Of a stretch of DNA of 64,000 nt, positions 45,891 through 59,655 are shown piece after piece. Numbering within the stretch: position 1 is the stretch's first letter; each line of letters starts with the position of its first letter. Position numbers and translations under genes: made by a program. The stretch is taken from contig NW_003314331.1 in the NCBI RefSeq assembly GCF_000143415.4, positions 292,244-356,243 on the forward strand, written 5' to 3'. Below the pieces are notes generated by a model, which made no database searches, was not told the DNA's origin, and saw only the letters and a program-made list of their open reading frames with translations. This DNA comes from Selaginella moellendorffii. Lineage: Eukaryota; Plantae; Lycopodiophyta.

Positions 45891-47221
45891 GGCCGCCGCG
45901 TCCGCCGCGTCGCGCATCCACACCATCTGGCAGCAGCATGGACCGATCCAAGACCTAGCCTATGGATAGAGCGATAGATCTTTCGCCGGAAGAAGAAGAA
46001 CAGCAATCAAACAAAAAAACCAAAATGGCGCCCGTTGTGGTTATGTTCTGTTGCAGGGCCACACATGCCCTAAAAAATGTGGAGGAAAAAACGCTACCGT
46101 TATCATTTATCACGCAAGGCAGCTACCAAGATCCGGTATCCTCCCCCAGTGTCAAATTCAATTCCATGGCGGGCAATACAAAATCAAATATCTTTCTAGA
46201 AGTCTGCAACGGTAAAATCAAAACAGAGCCCTAATAGCATCAAACTACCCTAAACACATATTCGTTATAGCCCTAAACGTATTAAAAGTATAGTCTTTGC
46301 AAGCCCTAAAAGCATATTCCTTACACGTAACGAACATCACTTCGATGGGAAAAGGCTATGGATCACGTTCAAAAGAGAAAAACTTTGGATCTATAGGACG
46401 GTACCATGTTTTGCTCGTGTATTTGCCAGAGACCAAGTCCTCAATAGCTCAATGACGTCGTAGCTACGATATGCTTCATCTGAAAGAACCACGAAGAACA
46501 CCAGTGTGAGCAGCATATTACAGTCGGTCCAAGCAAGCAATTCACCGCCAAATATCTCAAGAAAACAAAGAGTTTCGCACCGCACCTCACTCGACTTTCC
46601 CGAGAAAGATCTGCCGGCTGCCGCCCCCAAAACTGTATTTTTTAGCCTCCGGGTTCCTTCGCCATCGCACCATGCACAGGAGCTTTTACACCTGGCGATG
46701 TCTTTGTGATCCCAAGTCATGTCTGATGCGAATATAGGATACATTAGTAATAGAAAAAAAAAAAAAAAACAATACCAAAATGGTCGGTCCACACCACTCG
46801 GCCATACGAAATTTCTAGAGCTGAGAAATTCTTACAAGGTCGCAGTTGAATCCGGAAAGGAGGAATTTTTCCCCGACGTGTGTCTCCTCTCTTCCTCATG
46901 TTCCTGGATAATGATCATCTGATAGAGAGAATGGAGTCAGCTAAAGCTCTCTGGCTATGGACGACGAGTCCACTGAAAAAAAGCTCGCAAAAAAACAGTG
47001 GTGTTACCTTTCCGCGGTACATTGGCGACGATGAGTGCAATTATCCGTGATGGCGACTTGCCGGATACAAATACCCGCCCCTGCCAGCACAACACGCAAG
47101 CTCACTCCTCCTTTCTCTCTCTTTTCTCACTCTCACTCTCTCTCTCTCGTGAGCAAAGTTGCAAAGCTCAAAGCTTCAAGCACAAAGGGTACCTCTTGTA
47201 TAGAAGTTGTAGTCGTCCAAG

Positions 47222-48136
47222 ATGGCTGTTTTCCGGCATTCCATCGTCTCGATCTTCCGGCAGCCGCATGGAGCAGCAGCGTCGTTTGATTCTTCCCAGC
47301 AGCAAAGCGGGAACCTTACCGCCGTGCCTCACTACGGGAGTCCTGTGAGATTCAACCCGATGATAGGATTCGGACTCGCGGCTCTCTTCACGGCCTTCTT
47401 CTTCATGGGATCCCTGTGCGTCTATGTCAAGCGGAGCTGCTCCATCGCTCGCAGGCGCCGTGCTCACGCTGCGACGATCGCCCTGCCACCGTTCTCGGAA
47501 CTTTCAGCTTTCGCGACGCCGATTCAGCCGGGACTCGACAAAGAGACGATCGAATCGCTGCCGGTGTTTCCGTTCACGTCGGAGAAGTGCTCCAAGTATG
47601 GTAAGGTCGCCACCGAGTGCTCGGTCTGCCTCACGGATTTCCAAGAGGACGAAGTTGTCAAGATCCTCCCCGGTTGCTCGCACTTCTTCCACACCGACTG
47701 CATCGATATGTGGCTCTTTTCTCACTCCACCTGTCCGCTTTGTCGATGCATCTTAGTTCCCGTCAGGTGTTGCTCCGACCACCCCGAAAGTCCGAACTCC
47801 ATCTCTCAGCCCCCGGCTGAAGTCTCCATTGCCATCAACGACGAGCAAACTCGATCGGAGGAACTCGAGAGCCAGTCTTTGTTGGATTCCTCGGAGCAAC
47901 GAGACCAGTTTTCATTGGACTCCTCGGAGCAACGGTCCAAGACGCCAAAAGTTTCTGCAAGGGACAGGTTTCTCCAATCTTTGCATCGAAGCAACAGTAG
48001 CCCACCGATACAGTCGTTCTTTCCAGAACAAGAGCATGGTGATAATGGCCGCCGCGAAAATGCCGTGAATGAATCTTTGAGTCGTCCCCATAGCTTGAGG
48101 AGGGCCGTTTCCAGCGATATCTATCAATCTGTGTAA
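47222..48136 (+). CDS. ATL-family RING-H2 E3 ligase
   Basis: TM segment, GLD motif, CSVCL...LPGCSHFFHTDCIDMWL..HSTCPLCR. Confidence 0.92.
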   Translation: MAVFRHSIVSIFRQPHGAAASFDSSQQQSGNLTAVPHYGSPVRFNPMIGFGLAALFTAFFFMGSLCVYVKRSCSIARRRRAHAATIALPPFSELSAFATPIQPGLDKETIESLPVFPFTSEKCSKYGKVATECSVCLTDFQEDEVVKILPGCSHFFHTDCIDMWLFSHSTCPLCRCILVPVRCCSDHPESPNSISQPPAEVSIAINDEQTRSEELESQSLLDSSEQRDQFSLDSSEQRSKTPKVSARDRFLQSLHRSNSSPPIQSFFPEQEHGDNGRRENAVNESLSRPHSLRRAVSSDIYQSV

Positions 48137-49478
48137 ATTTGTGTATGGAAATACTTAGCAAAGATTGTAAATTCTTGAAGTGCGAGGGAGAGATACTCAC
48201 AGGATTTTAATATGTTTCGTCTGGATTGATCAAGGAATCGTGTTCGTACACCATTCCTGATAATTGGATACCTGATTCATGCCCGATGAGCCTGTGCAAG
48301 ACGAGCACTTTGATCGTTCTCGAAAAAGTAAAACACTCCACTTGCTTTCCTTATGCAAGCACGTAGAAGAAATGTGCCTGGAGTAGCGAAGATAAGCCTG
48401 ATCGGACAGAAAACGAATTTGTGACCCGGAAGAGAGAAAGAAAACTAGATTCCCACCTTTGAATTTCATCTCCATTCGACGTAACGAGCACAAAGAAGTC
48501 CCTGTAGAATGCTACAGTGTCAAAAACTTTGAAAGGAAAACAAAAAGCACCTACTTTTCTTTTTTCTGTCTCTCTCTCTCTCTCTCTCTCTGTTTTTTTT
48601 TCTTTTCTTTTCTTTTCTTTTTTGTCTTTGGAAGCCCGTGTCGACGATCACTAGAGCTGATGGAGCACTAGGACAGCATTAGAGAGATTAGCTTGATGAG
48701 AGGAGAATCATTACCTTCTTTCCTTAATAAAAGAAGCGCAACGCAGGCCACGAGTCGGTGCTAGAAAAAAAAGGCTTTGAGAATCAATCGAGCTGACACG
48801 AACACAGATAAACTCCCGACAAAAGCTTAAAACAATAGCTAAGAACTAAAAGCTACATTTTGACCCCTGATAGAAAGAAAACAAGCCAGTGTTCTATGTT
48901 ATAACGGAAGACACTCTACCAAAACATTCCCATCTCTTGTCAATCAATGCGGCATGGCCAAATCTCTGGACACAATCGATCAAATGCTCAGTCGGATCGC
49001 GCATACCTCTTTATCGCCGCTCCTCCCTCTTGATCGCCATCGCCGTCGCCAGCTTAGAACCCTAATCCCTCGCCCATCGGACGGCCAAGATTTCATCCAT
49101 CCCCTGGCCGTTGGATCCTGGCGACGGTCCAGATGCGGTCCGGAGCGTTGAAAATGAGAGAGGCAGGGGGTAGACGGAGAGAAAGAAAAAGAAAACGAGC
49201 TCTCGTCTCTCCTCTCTTTAGGGCGGATAGAACACGACTGGCCCTCGCTTCGCTCCGCGAGATTCATCTGGTAAGCCGCGACGATAACTAAATCGCTCCA
49301 CCGTGTCCGTGAGTAGATCGATCATTTACTTCCACTGTTGTTTTCGCTCTGGAGCAAGATCGGCCATCGGTTGATCGATCCCAGTCTAGATTTCACGCAA
49401 TTCTCCTCCCCCGCATTCTAATTCACCGATCCATATGATCTCGCAGATGGAAGAATCGCGCGATCCAGAGCTATAGCA

Positions 49479-50906
49479 ATGACGGAGCCTCATCTCCACA
49501 CCTCGCGCTCCAAGGATCTCGCAAGAACACACAGGAATTTCCAACAATCATCCAAGAACCGCGCCATGGCGCCGCAAGACTACGCAGTTCCCACTGTCGA
49601 TGATCCAGGATTTCCATTCCCCTTCCCCCCTTACAGCTCCTATCCACCCTGGTACTGGCCTCCCTATCCCCCTGTCGATTTCTTCCCTCCTCCATCCCCT
49701 CGCTCCTCCTCCTCGGGCGGTGGCATCAGCAGGACGTCCATCCTCACTCCCGCGATCGTGGCCAGCGTCGCGCTCCTCGGCAGCGCGATCCTCCTCGTCA
49801 GCTACTACAAGGTCTTCGCAAAGTACTGCAGCGCGTGGCAGATCTTCTGGGGTCTCAGCGGCCGGGGCGGCGGTGTCAATCGCCGCGGTCGCGGCGAGAA
49901 TCTCCATGGGGCGTCGTTGAGCGCCGGGGATCTAGAACAGGGCTGGCTGCTGGCCATGAACACCGGCCTGGACGAATCCATCGTCAAGAAGATCCCGGTC
50001 TACGTCTATCGCGTCGGCGGCGAGGGCGTGGTGAGCGGCAGCGAGTGCGTGGTGTGCCTGGGCGAATTCGAGGAGGACGACGAGCTACGCATCCTCCCAA
50101 AGTGCTTGCACGCCTTCCATCTCTCGTGCATCGACGTCTGGCTGCGATCGCACTCCAATTGCCCGCTGTGCCGCGCGCCAGTGATGGCACCGCCGGATCA
50201 ACACCCGATCGCGCCACTGCTGCTCACTCCACCGATCCAGACGATGGGCAATCCAGAAGGAGGTGATGATGATCAAGAGCGCCAACTTCATCCACCGGAG
50301 CTGGAGGAGCCGCATTGCGATGATCGAGGAGGGGACGAAGAGCTCATGAGGAAGCAGCGGCTGCCGAGATCGCTGAGCTTCCAACTGGACCACCGGCGGC
50401 GAAAGGCGGCCACCAAGAGCCGAGCCATCCCTCCGGTCCTTCGCAGGTCCCATTCCACAGGATCCAATCCCGTCAGCTACCACGAAATGATGCTCGTCCT
50501 CGCGCAGCCACCACTGTCATCGCCGCTACCGCCACCGCCGCCACCCTGCCACCGCGACTCGGGCTTCCTCCTCGCGCCCAACAATTCCGCCGAGCTCTCC
50601 ACGATCCTGTGTAACCTCCGTGAGGACCAGCGCGATCACGAGTACGTGGTGCTCGACTTTGAGGTGGTGGAGGAGCCATGCTCGTCGCCCGGGAAGATCG
50701 AAACCGGCGTCTCGAGCTACGCCGCCTCTTCTTCTTCGTCAGCTTCGTCCAGCGATCGCAGCGGCAGTAGCGTTAGCAGCAGCCGACCGCTGCTGTGGGT
50801 TCGAAAGTCTGGATCTTTCAAGGCGTCGCTCAAGAGGTCCTTGTCAACCGGGCGGGTTTTCTCGTTTCGCAACTTCGGGAGGAGTAGATCCCAGTCCCAG
50901 CCTTGA
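49479..50906 (+). CDS. ATL-family RING-H2 E3 ligase (start may be the downstream ATG 49566)
   Basis: TM segment, GLDES, CVVCLGEF...LPKCLHAFHLSCIDVWLRSHSNCPLCR. Confidence 0.92.
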   Translation: MTEPHLHTSRSKDLARTHRNFQQSSKNRAMAPQDYAVPTVDDPGFPFPFPPYSSYPPWYWPPYPPVDFFPPPSPRSSSSGGGISRTSILTPAIVASVALLGSAILLVSYYKVFAKYCSAWQIFWGLSGRGGGVNRRGRGENLHGASLSAGDLEQGWLLAMNTGLDESIVKKIPVYVYRVGGEGVVSGSECVVCLGEFEEDDELRILPKCLHAFHLSCIDVWLRSHSNCPLCRAPVMAPPDQHPIAPLLLTPPIQTMGNPEGGDDDQERQLHPPELEEPHCDDRGGDEELMRKQRLPRSLSFQLDHRRRKAATKSRAIPPVLRRSHSTGSNPVSYHEMMLVLAQPPLSSPLPPPPPPCHRDSGFLLAPNNSAELSTILCNLREDQRDHEYVVLDFEVVEEPCSSPGKIETGVSSYAASSSSSASSSDRSGSSVSSSRPLLWVRKSGSFKASLKRSLSTGRVFSFRNFGRSRSQSQP

Positions 50907-52229
50907 AACAGAGCCTCGCTCCCCATACTTTACTCGAACACACAATGGACGAGCGAGCGTTCTTCTCCAACCTTCGAGTCCAAGGATTAGTGAGCTTCTA
51001 AAAAAGCTGGTATTCTATACGATCGAAGTCACGTCACGGAATTTTTCCCATCTAAAGGCCCCGCCTTTGGGAAGACGCCGCCTAGCTACCAGTCTTCGAA
51101 AGCTTTGACAAGGAGAGCTAGCACTAAACAAAGAGAACATAGAAAAAAAGAGATTAGTGACAAAAATGAAGGTTCTATTGGTGAAATGTGCTTACCACCT
51201 AATCTCCAAGCGAGCGGTATCTCATCGGAACGATGCTGATATCTCCCTCGAATTTTCTATTTCGATGCGTTGAAGTTTTGGCGATCTTCCAAAAAATTGC
51301 TGGTGAACAGAACTAGAGAGAGCCCTGTCTCTGTTGTTAGTAGAAGGGACATCAAATCAAACCAGGACGAGCAGTGGTGTCATCTCTGTAGCTCTCGACA
51401 AAAAGTAGTTTTAATCGAGCAAGCAAGATATAAGAACTACAAAGGAAAGAAGGAAACTCACGAAAGCACTTGAACCGACAATAATCATCACCAAAAGCTA
51501 GCAACACTTGTAAGGAGGACAGCCAAGACAACACTTGGCCGAGCAACGACGAGAACACGATATAACTCCACGCTGACCCACAGCCGGATGAAGATCACAC
51601 CCTACGCCACACAACAAAGAAAATACGTACACATGCTCGCCATGCACGCCAGGAAGATCCAAGTCTTATTCGGGAAGCAGCATTGAAGAGGATAAGCCCG
51701 GGGTCGCCAATGGGTCTCCTCCACAGTAGAGCGAAGGCTTGCACTGGAATAGAAACAGCCAGTCGCAGCAGCTGAGTCATCCATTCCAAACGAAGAAACT
51801 TTTGGAGAACTTGCCTGAAACGGGAATTTTTGTAGCCTTATGATGTGCTCATGAGGTTGTTCGTAGTAGAAGTAGTCGCCCTTGGCAGCGGGGCGGGATG
51901 GATTCTTAAGGTCCTCTAAGTCGCGACTGATCGAGGAGCAAACGGTCCAGGATCCTCGCTCGCAAGGCATTGTCGTTGTTAAATGTCTTTATGACGCTAT
52001 AGTCTGCTGTGCTGGGTAAAAAATGCGATTTTGATCGTTTTGCTGCGGCCCCTTGGAGCTGAAGTAGCCGCAGCTCAACGGTTTGTGTTGGCCCGATTAG
52101 ATCACGCCTGGAAAACAGCAGGAAAAAAAGGAATGAGGAGCTAGCAAAAAGAAGAGTAGTAGTAAGACAGGAAGTCACTTACACGAGGGAGAGGCTGCAA
52201 GGAAGAGCTCCAGGAAAGAACCAGCCAAG

Positions 52230-53156
52230 ATGGTGTTTTTGTTGCCCATCATCGCCTCATCCTCGATGCCACCTCTCCTTCCATCTGTAGATCCCAGCTC
52301 CGATGAAGACTCTGAAGTACCGTGTGGATTCGAGCCCAAAGTCGCGATTGTGGTCGGGATCCTCGCAGCTCTTCTCTGTGTGACGTTCTTCCTCGTCCTC
52401 TACGGCCGGCATTGCAAGAGGGTGCTCTCGTCGCGAGCCGCTGCCGTAGCCTCCAGCCCCGCGACTGGAAACGGGAATTTCTCCTCCACTCGCCACCACC
52501 ATGTCCAAGGCGGGGCTTTGAGGCTACCACTCGACTCCCACGGCACCCTCTCCCAGTGGCTCGTCGATGCTCTCCCGAAGCTCCAGCCTTCGCTCAAGCT
52601 TCAGGGAGTCGGAGTTCTCGGCGTGGACGAGTGCCCGGTTTGCTTGTCAAAGTACGAAGGCGGTGATCTTCTCCGGCTCTTGCCGCGGTGCAAGCACGTC
52701 TTTCATGTTGTCTGCGTCGACAAGTGGCTTGCGTCTCGTCCCAGCTGCCCGGTTTGTCGGACGTTCGTCTCGTGTCAGGACATCGTCGATCTCGAAAATT
52801 ACTATCTTCACCACGAGGAGCAGCCGGAGTGCCACCACCAAGAACGGGCTTCTCCTCCACCGCAAGAGCTCGGCCCTCAAATTCCAAGTCCCGCTGCTCT
52901 TGTGATCGAAGTGGCTTTAAAAGCTGGCAACGACGAGCTCGATGATCTCTCTTCGTCGTCCTCGTCATCTTGCTTTCGTCCGGTGAAACCTGGGTCGCAA
53001 ATCTCCTCCAACCTGTCCACTGGCGGCAGTCACTCTGGCCATTCTGAATTGGCCGCGATGAGAAGAAGCGCGTCTCTGGATTCATCGTTTAGATACAGCA
53101 GCTTCTTCAGTCCGAAACTTAAGCCTTCTTCTTCCTTCGCACATAGAAGCATCTGA
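52230..53156 (+). CDS. ATL-family RING-H2 E3 ligase (ATL42-like)
   Basis: [14 protein letters not shown] segment, CPVCLSKY...[17 protein letters not shown]...CPVCR. Confidence 0.9.
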   Translation: MVFLLPIIASSSMPPLLPSVDPSSDEDSEVPCGFEPKVAIVVGILAALLCVTFFLVLYGRHCKRVLSSRAAAVASSPATGNGNFSSTRHHHVQGGALRLPLDSHGTLSQWLVDALPKLQPSLKLQGVGVLGVDECPVCLSKYEGGDLLRLLPRCKHVFHVVCVDKWLASRPSCPVCRTFVSCQDIVDLENYYLHHEEQPECHHQERASPPPQELGPQIPSPAALVIEVALKAGNDELDDLSSSSSSSCFRPVKPGSQISSNLSTGGSHSGHSELAAMRRSASLDSSFRYSSFFSPKLKPSSSFAHRSI

Positions 53157-53463
53157 TTCTGGAAATAAAAGAGAATTTATAGATTACCAACGCAGTAACA
53201 AACAGTAAAATGATCCTGTTTGCTGTCTTATCTCTTGCCTGGAGTATGGAATAGAGCTCGTAAGAAACCAGCATGGAATCGCTGCTCTCCTGAAGAAGGT
53301 TGAATTAAAAAGGTATGTGAAATTGTACAATAAATCTGGCTAAAACCTTGCCTGAGACGCACTCTCCTAGTGTACAAAATGCTCCTCCTTGCTCGGCCAG
53401 CCGGATTGCTCCTAGTAATGAATTGTTGTAGCTAGCTAGTTAAAGTCCAAGACAATATGTTAC

Positions 53464-56400
53464 CTAGAGCCTCAGCCGGACGTTATTTGATGGCCAAGCT
53501 ACTATCAACTTTCCAAGCTTCTTCTCTGCTTCGTCAAACGTTGTTCCCATGAAGTCCGATCCGATTGGAAGCTTTGTCCCTCGATCAACCTTGAGATCGA
53601 CGATCTCCACCAGACACATTGCTACAGCTCCTTCTTCGCCTGGCGTGACTGCCTTTGTGATGCCGTAGGCAATCTCTCTTCCCAGCTCATCCTTGAGTAC
53701 GACGTTCTGGCCTATCTGCGTGACACTTGGTTCCATTTCGATCACCGGCGGCTCCGGACGGTGGCTGACATTGTTGTTATATGCTGTTCTGTGATGTAAG
53801 TCTTCCTCAATAACCGGTGGTTCTTCGAAATTGCTGCTACTAACGTAGCATGGTTTTGGTCTGTTGACAACGGCGGGATCCAAACGGCCCTCTTTAGCCA
53901 GCTTGGCGAGTTTCGCCTTCCGGTTGTTTATCCTGAAATTGCGAAGTGAGTAGAGGATAAATGACGAGTGCTAAAGCTTACCAGTTCTTTAGCTGACCAG
54001 TAGTGATCTCGGGACCCTGAAACAGCAGAAACTGAGAACACGAATTTTCAAGCAGAGAACTTACCATCTTGTTGAGAATAATGCTCCAATGTCGTACTCT
54101 CTCGGCGTATCTTTGCATTTCAGGCTCCTCCTTCAGAGCAGCCTCCATCACAGCAATTTGCTGCTCGCTCATGATACGTCGTTGCCTCTTTCGAGGTTGT
54201 TCCATATGATGATGGTCAGCTCTGGCCTCATCTTCATGCTTCCGTATTAAACTTATTCTCTCCCTCTCCTCAACTGCCGCAGGATGGTTTTGTAGTGGCT
54301 CTACTTGAACTTGCGGAGGCCGAGGTGGCAGTAGTCTTTCTGGTGGTCTTTCTATAACTGGTGTAGCAGCCTGCAAACCGCTAGGATGTACCAGCACTGT
54401 TGGTTCCGGCAGCGGTTCAATCACGGGCAGCGGATCAATTATGGGTACGTTTGTTACGCTCGTTTTGATATCTTCTTTTGGTTCTTCCTCCACCTTTGGA
54501 GCCACTTCATCTGGCTCCTTCACTTCAGTGTCCGTCTTCATGACCACCTCATCAAGTTCTGTCTTTACAGGCAAGTCCTTCGCATCAGATTCCCTGGCAG
54601 AAACACACTCCTCTTCTACTTTTACACCGGACTGTACACCGGACTGTGGCCCTTCGTCTTCTTGCAGCTTAACGTCTACGTTGACATCTGCCTTGCTATC
54701 AACAGCAGATGAAGCTTCCTGATCAAACAAAAAATAATAAAAAATAAGCTCTACAACCGCACAATTTACCTCAGGGACGTGTAATGGAGTGGTCTCCTCA
54801 TGAGCGGGTAAAATATGGGGATCGCATTCGGGAATATTTTGCTCCATCTCGCGTTGTAATCTTTGCCAGCGTTCTGAAGGAACCCGGCGAGCTACTATAG
54901 CTCCAAGCCGTTGTTCATGAGCATCTCGTACGTATGTAACCACGGGAGCGTCCTGCATTCTCAAAGTTATAAACACATTATTTATATAAAGCATGCAGAA
55001 AAATCTCACCGCATGCACGTCGGGAGATAAGCAAAATGCTTCATGTAACTCTGCAGCAAAAACACTAGAACCACAAAACCACATTAGTAATCACAGAAGA
55101 GAAAATGCATAATGATACCTAGCAAGCTGGACATCCTCGTCGTTTGCCAAATCAGAAGGAAGCGAAGCCACGTGATCGACAAGTATATCTATAAAGCATA
55201 TGCACTTGTGATGGAAATGTTGTGATTGATAAAACTTACGAAGATTCTCGCAAACTCTGACAGCAGTTTGATCCGAAGTCATAAAAAAAGAGCTGCTTAA
55301 GGGGCTCAGTGGACCGGCGGAGAGACAGCGCATAAACAAACACAAAAATCGATCCTTTTCGTCGGCTGTAGAAATGATGTCATGTCAGGATAAAATGACA
55401 AAACAATAATACCTGGACAAACTTCGGGATTGAAACAATGGAGATTTGCGAATAGCTTTACTAGCAAAGCTGAGAGTTCTTGGGCATAGAACGTCGGCTC
55501 CACCGGCTTAATAGACAAGCTACAGCCACTGTTACCTTCTTCAGAAGTTCCTGGCGATGGCTTGAAGGACAACATTGCTGCTCCTGAACCATGAAACGGA
55601 TCATAGACGAGGGTAGCGTCAATTTCACAGTCAGCCATATCTTGAGCTGAGCAACCCCCACACCACTTGGAAAAAAATTCTGAGGGATCCATAGCCAAAA
55701 TCGTAGCTAAATCCGGAGCCTGTAATATAAATGATACGTTAATGAGTGAAGAAGTCCAACAAGCACTTACTATACGGTCCATAAAGAAGTTGCGAAAGTT
55801 CGAGTCATCCGACAAAACATCCGCAAGCCGCATAGCATTTAAATAAAGCATTCCGGCTGGGCACTTTTCAATATCTTCCTGAACCATTTGCACTGTAAAC
55901 GTTTCAAAGAATGCATTTTTGACGAGCAAAACAATCTGCAAGGCGGAGTCAGTCATACGGAGACAAATAAGAGGTTTTACCTCTGCTGCAACCATCTTCG
56001 CCAACTGCATGCTTTTCGGATCAGTTGCCACTTCGTCCAGAAACGAGACTGTTTCCGTCTCACAAAACTTCAAAAGCTGCAATCCTCCCGAATCAAAATC
56101 CGAACAAAATTGAATCAAATCTCACCATTGCAAGAACTTTAGATTTCACGCGAGAGATTGATGCTGATAAAGCTTGTATGTGTTGCAAATGTGATGGCAG
56201 TTGTAGCTGCAGCACTACCAAAACTAGTGATAGAATACCACCATTTTTACAGAGTTCCTGCAACCAAGTAACCAAGGTAAATAAAAACAGAAAACCACAA
56301 GGAGACAACAAACCTTATGATTAAGCAAACGATCCCTGAAAGCTTGGGGTTCAGACAGAGCTTGTAGAACCTGCAAAGAAGCTTCGCAATGCTCCAACGT

Positions 56401-57360
56401 TGTCGATGAAACTTGTTCAGCACCACAGAGTGGAGGTGTCTTCTCCTTTGCTAGCTTTGCACTCAAAGCTTTGAATCTCCCTTGCAACAGCCCAATATCT
56501 CGCCTCACAGCATCAAACGCAGCATCCATAAATATGTCCACCTGGCATAGAGAAAGTGTTACCTTGAGATGCAATAAAAGTGTTGCTTGCCTTGGGATGA
56601 GCCAGTAAAACAGGAGCAACGTCTCGCCATTCTGGCGTGACAAATGCTGTCAGAAGGTACAGGCAGCAGGCTACCAAAGCCGAGTGAAGTACTGCTAGAA
56701 AACTTCCCCAGCGACCATCCTGGATACAAAACAGGCCCTCAGAAAAGTAGGAAAAGCAAAAATGGGGCGCACCGGCTCGACATCTGCCAGAACAATCAGC
56801 ATGAAAATCACTAGGTCGATTATCTGTTCGCGTATCTTAACTTCTTGAAGCAGTATCTGCATAAAGAAATGAAACCTTGAGAAACTCAATCGGTCAGTCA
56901 AAGTCCAGTACCTGCTCAAGCTTAGGATAACGAGGAGCCAAATTACTTAACGAGTGTAAAAGCCGAACTCCTCGAAGAAGATAGCGAAATCGGGGCTGGG
57001 AGATGCTAGACGCTACACACGCGAGCAAGTGAAGTGGAAGAAAAGTAGCTAGCTTCTCGATGTCCACCTAGATCCAGTAAAGCGTTAGAAAGAAAACCCA
57101 ACATGCCTAAAAAATTTCCAAAAGCTTACACTGACGATCGCTCCCTTCGTTGTTGAGCTCACACGGAAGCTTAGGCAGTGAGTATCCTGAAGGATTTTCT
57201 TCATCTCATGGGGACTAAACTTGTGTAGCTCCTCAATGGCCATGTTGATATCAAGCACCTGCGCCACAAACACCGCAAAGCCTCAGTCCATGAAACCACA
57301 CCCAACACGATCGACACTCACAACACTATCCGCACGTCGGCTTCCATCCTCCTTCACCAT
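53464..57360 (-). CDS. NDX: Nodulin homeobox protein, many exons
   Basis: KLATFLPLHLLA, LLAHPK|VDIFMDAAF, LNAMRLADVLSDDSNFR, ANLHCFNPEVC, homeodomain RRIMSEQQIAVMEAAL...QLKNWINNRKAKLA. Confidence 0.9.
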
Positions 57361-57800
57361 CTTACTAGCGGCCGATTTCCAGATCTTTTCCCTGCGGCTA
57401 TCCTAGCAGCGCGTTGCAAGCGCCTACCCGCCGGCTCCGTCACTAGATCACACAGAATGTGCCCCAAGCGCCCTCACCTTCACGGAAAAATGACGAATCC
57501 CTGCGCATCACACCGAAATATCGCTCGCGATTACCCGGCATTGCCGATGCCAAGAGCTGAATCTGGATTCGCGAGCATGGAGAGCGCAGCGTAGAAACCC
57601 CAATTCCTGCCGGCAGCTCCCACCGCCTTGCGCCTTCTTCCGTGGAGGACGAGAGAACAAAAAAAATGCCAATATGACTATCAGTGAACCCTAGATAGAC
57701 ATATACCCGGTGGAGCATATTCGTCCCCACTTTAAAGAATATTCCCCATTGCAAAGGTTTAGGGCTTATGGCTATCGTGTGATTGGCAAGTGGAAGCGCC

Positions 57801-59391
57801 ATGGCTTCCCTGGTGAGCCCTAGCTCACTGTCAGTGCGATTGGGCGAGAACTATGGCAGGAGAGGCGGCAGAGCAGCCGCATTGTGCGTCTCGCAAGCTG
57901 GATTCTCGATCAACAGCAAAGATTGCTCGAGCTCGAGTTTTGAAGTGAGTGATTTCCCCCTCCTCTTCCGGATTTGCGTTGATCTAGGTCGGTTCAGGCT
58001 GAGCTCAAGAGCGTCCTCTCACAACGTGACATTCTCACGGCGAGAGGAATCAACATGCCTTCCTCGAGGCCGGATAATCGCTTGAAAATTTTCTCGGGAA
58101 CAGCGAATCTGCCACTGGCCAAGGTAGAAGGAAAACTTTCTTTTGTTCTCATTGTCTCTATTGTTAAGACTTTCGCTGTTTTGTTCCTCCCTTTGTCTCT
58201 TCTGTTGCTATCAGGAAATCGCGTGCTACATGGGCCTAGAACTTGGAAAGATTTGCATCAAGCGCTTTGCTGACGGTGAAATCTACGTCCAGCTACAGGA
58301 AAGCGTGAGAGGCAGTGAAGTGTTCTTGGTCCAGCCGACTTGTCCACCCGCAAATGAGAACTTGATGGAGCTACTGGTCATGATAGACGCATGCCGGCGT
58401 GCATCCGCCAAGACCATCACAGCAGTAATTCCATACTTTGGATACGCCAGAGCTGACAGAAAGGTAGTCACTGTGATCCAGCTTTTTCTTTCAATCTACA
58501 CGTCGTGTGATGTTTTTCAGACTCAAGGACGTGAATCGATTGCAGCAAAGCTTGTAGCAAATCTTTTGACAGAAGCCGGTGCGAACCGTGTTCTTGCATG
58601 CGACTTACACTCGGGGCAGGCGTTGGGCTACTTTGACATTCCCGTGGATCATGTTTATGGTCAGGTAACTTTGGTTTCTCTCCTCTAAGCGAGCTTATGT
58701 TTGGAGCTACAGCCCGTTATACTGGACTACCTCGCAAGCAAGATGATATCAGCTGACGATTTCGTAGTAGTCTCCCCGGACGTGGGTGGTGTTGCTCGCG
58801 CTCGGGCCTTCGCCAAGAAACTCTCGGATGCACCGCTCGCGATCGTGGACAAACGACGTCAAAGTCACAATGTTTCTGAGGTGCGATTTGTTTTCTTCTT
58901 TGGTTTCTTTCAAAGATTTTCTTTTTCTTTTTCTTTTCAGGTGATGAATCTTATCGGTGATGTCAATGGCAAAATCGCAGTCGTGGTAGATGATATGATT
59001 GACACTGCTGGTGAATTGAATCTTTCATCTTTGCTTTGTTCTTCGGGAAGTGATTTGCGTGGTTGTTTTCTTTTCTCAGGGACGATAGCAAATGGAGCTG
59101 CGCTTCTTCGTCAAGAAGGAGCCAGAGCTGTCTACGCTTGCTGCACACACGGTGTTTTCAGGTTCACACATTTTTCTCTCAGTGGGATTTTGGTATTCAC
59201 TTCGCTGTTCTTGCAGTCCTCCTGCGATCGAGCGCCTATCAGGTGGTCTCTTCGAAGAAGTTATCATCACAAACACGATTCCAGTGAAAGAGAGCTTCAA
59301 GGAGCTTACAATTCTCTCGGTGGCGAACCTCCTCGGTGAAACCATCTGGCGGGTGTATGGGGATAGCTCTGTGAGTAGCATTTTTGGGTAG
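57801..59391 (+). CDS. PRS: Ribose-phosphate pyrophosphokinase (class I PRS, plastid transit peptide), multi-exon
   Basis: [66 protein letters not shown]. Confidence 0.95.
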
Positions 59392-59655
59392 CTTAGTGGA
59401 TCCAAAATTCTTTTCATTCGAGTTTCTTCTTTTTCCTCCATGAAAATGCTTTTGATCTTCTCGTCATTTCTATTCTCCAGCAAGATTAAATCTTTGTTCT
59501 TGATCGCGTGCTAGACTGGATTTGAATCGCACTTGGGACTTGGTATCGACTGATCAATCGAAACAATGCCAGGCAAAGCAATGTAATTCTTTGTTATGTA
59601 ATGTTATAAACTCGTTTTTGAATCTTCTTTCCCTCGATTTAGGGTTTTTCGAGCT

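Noticed and set aside
51595-52178. Minus-strand ORFs between the second and third ATL genes
   Set aside because: No motifs or convincing splice structure; could be an orphan or lncRNA but unsupported
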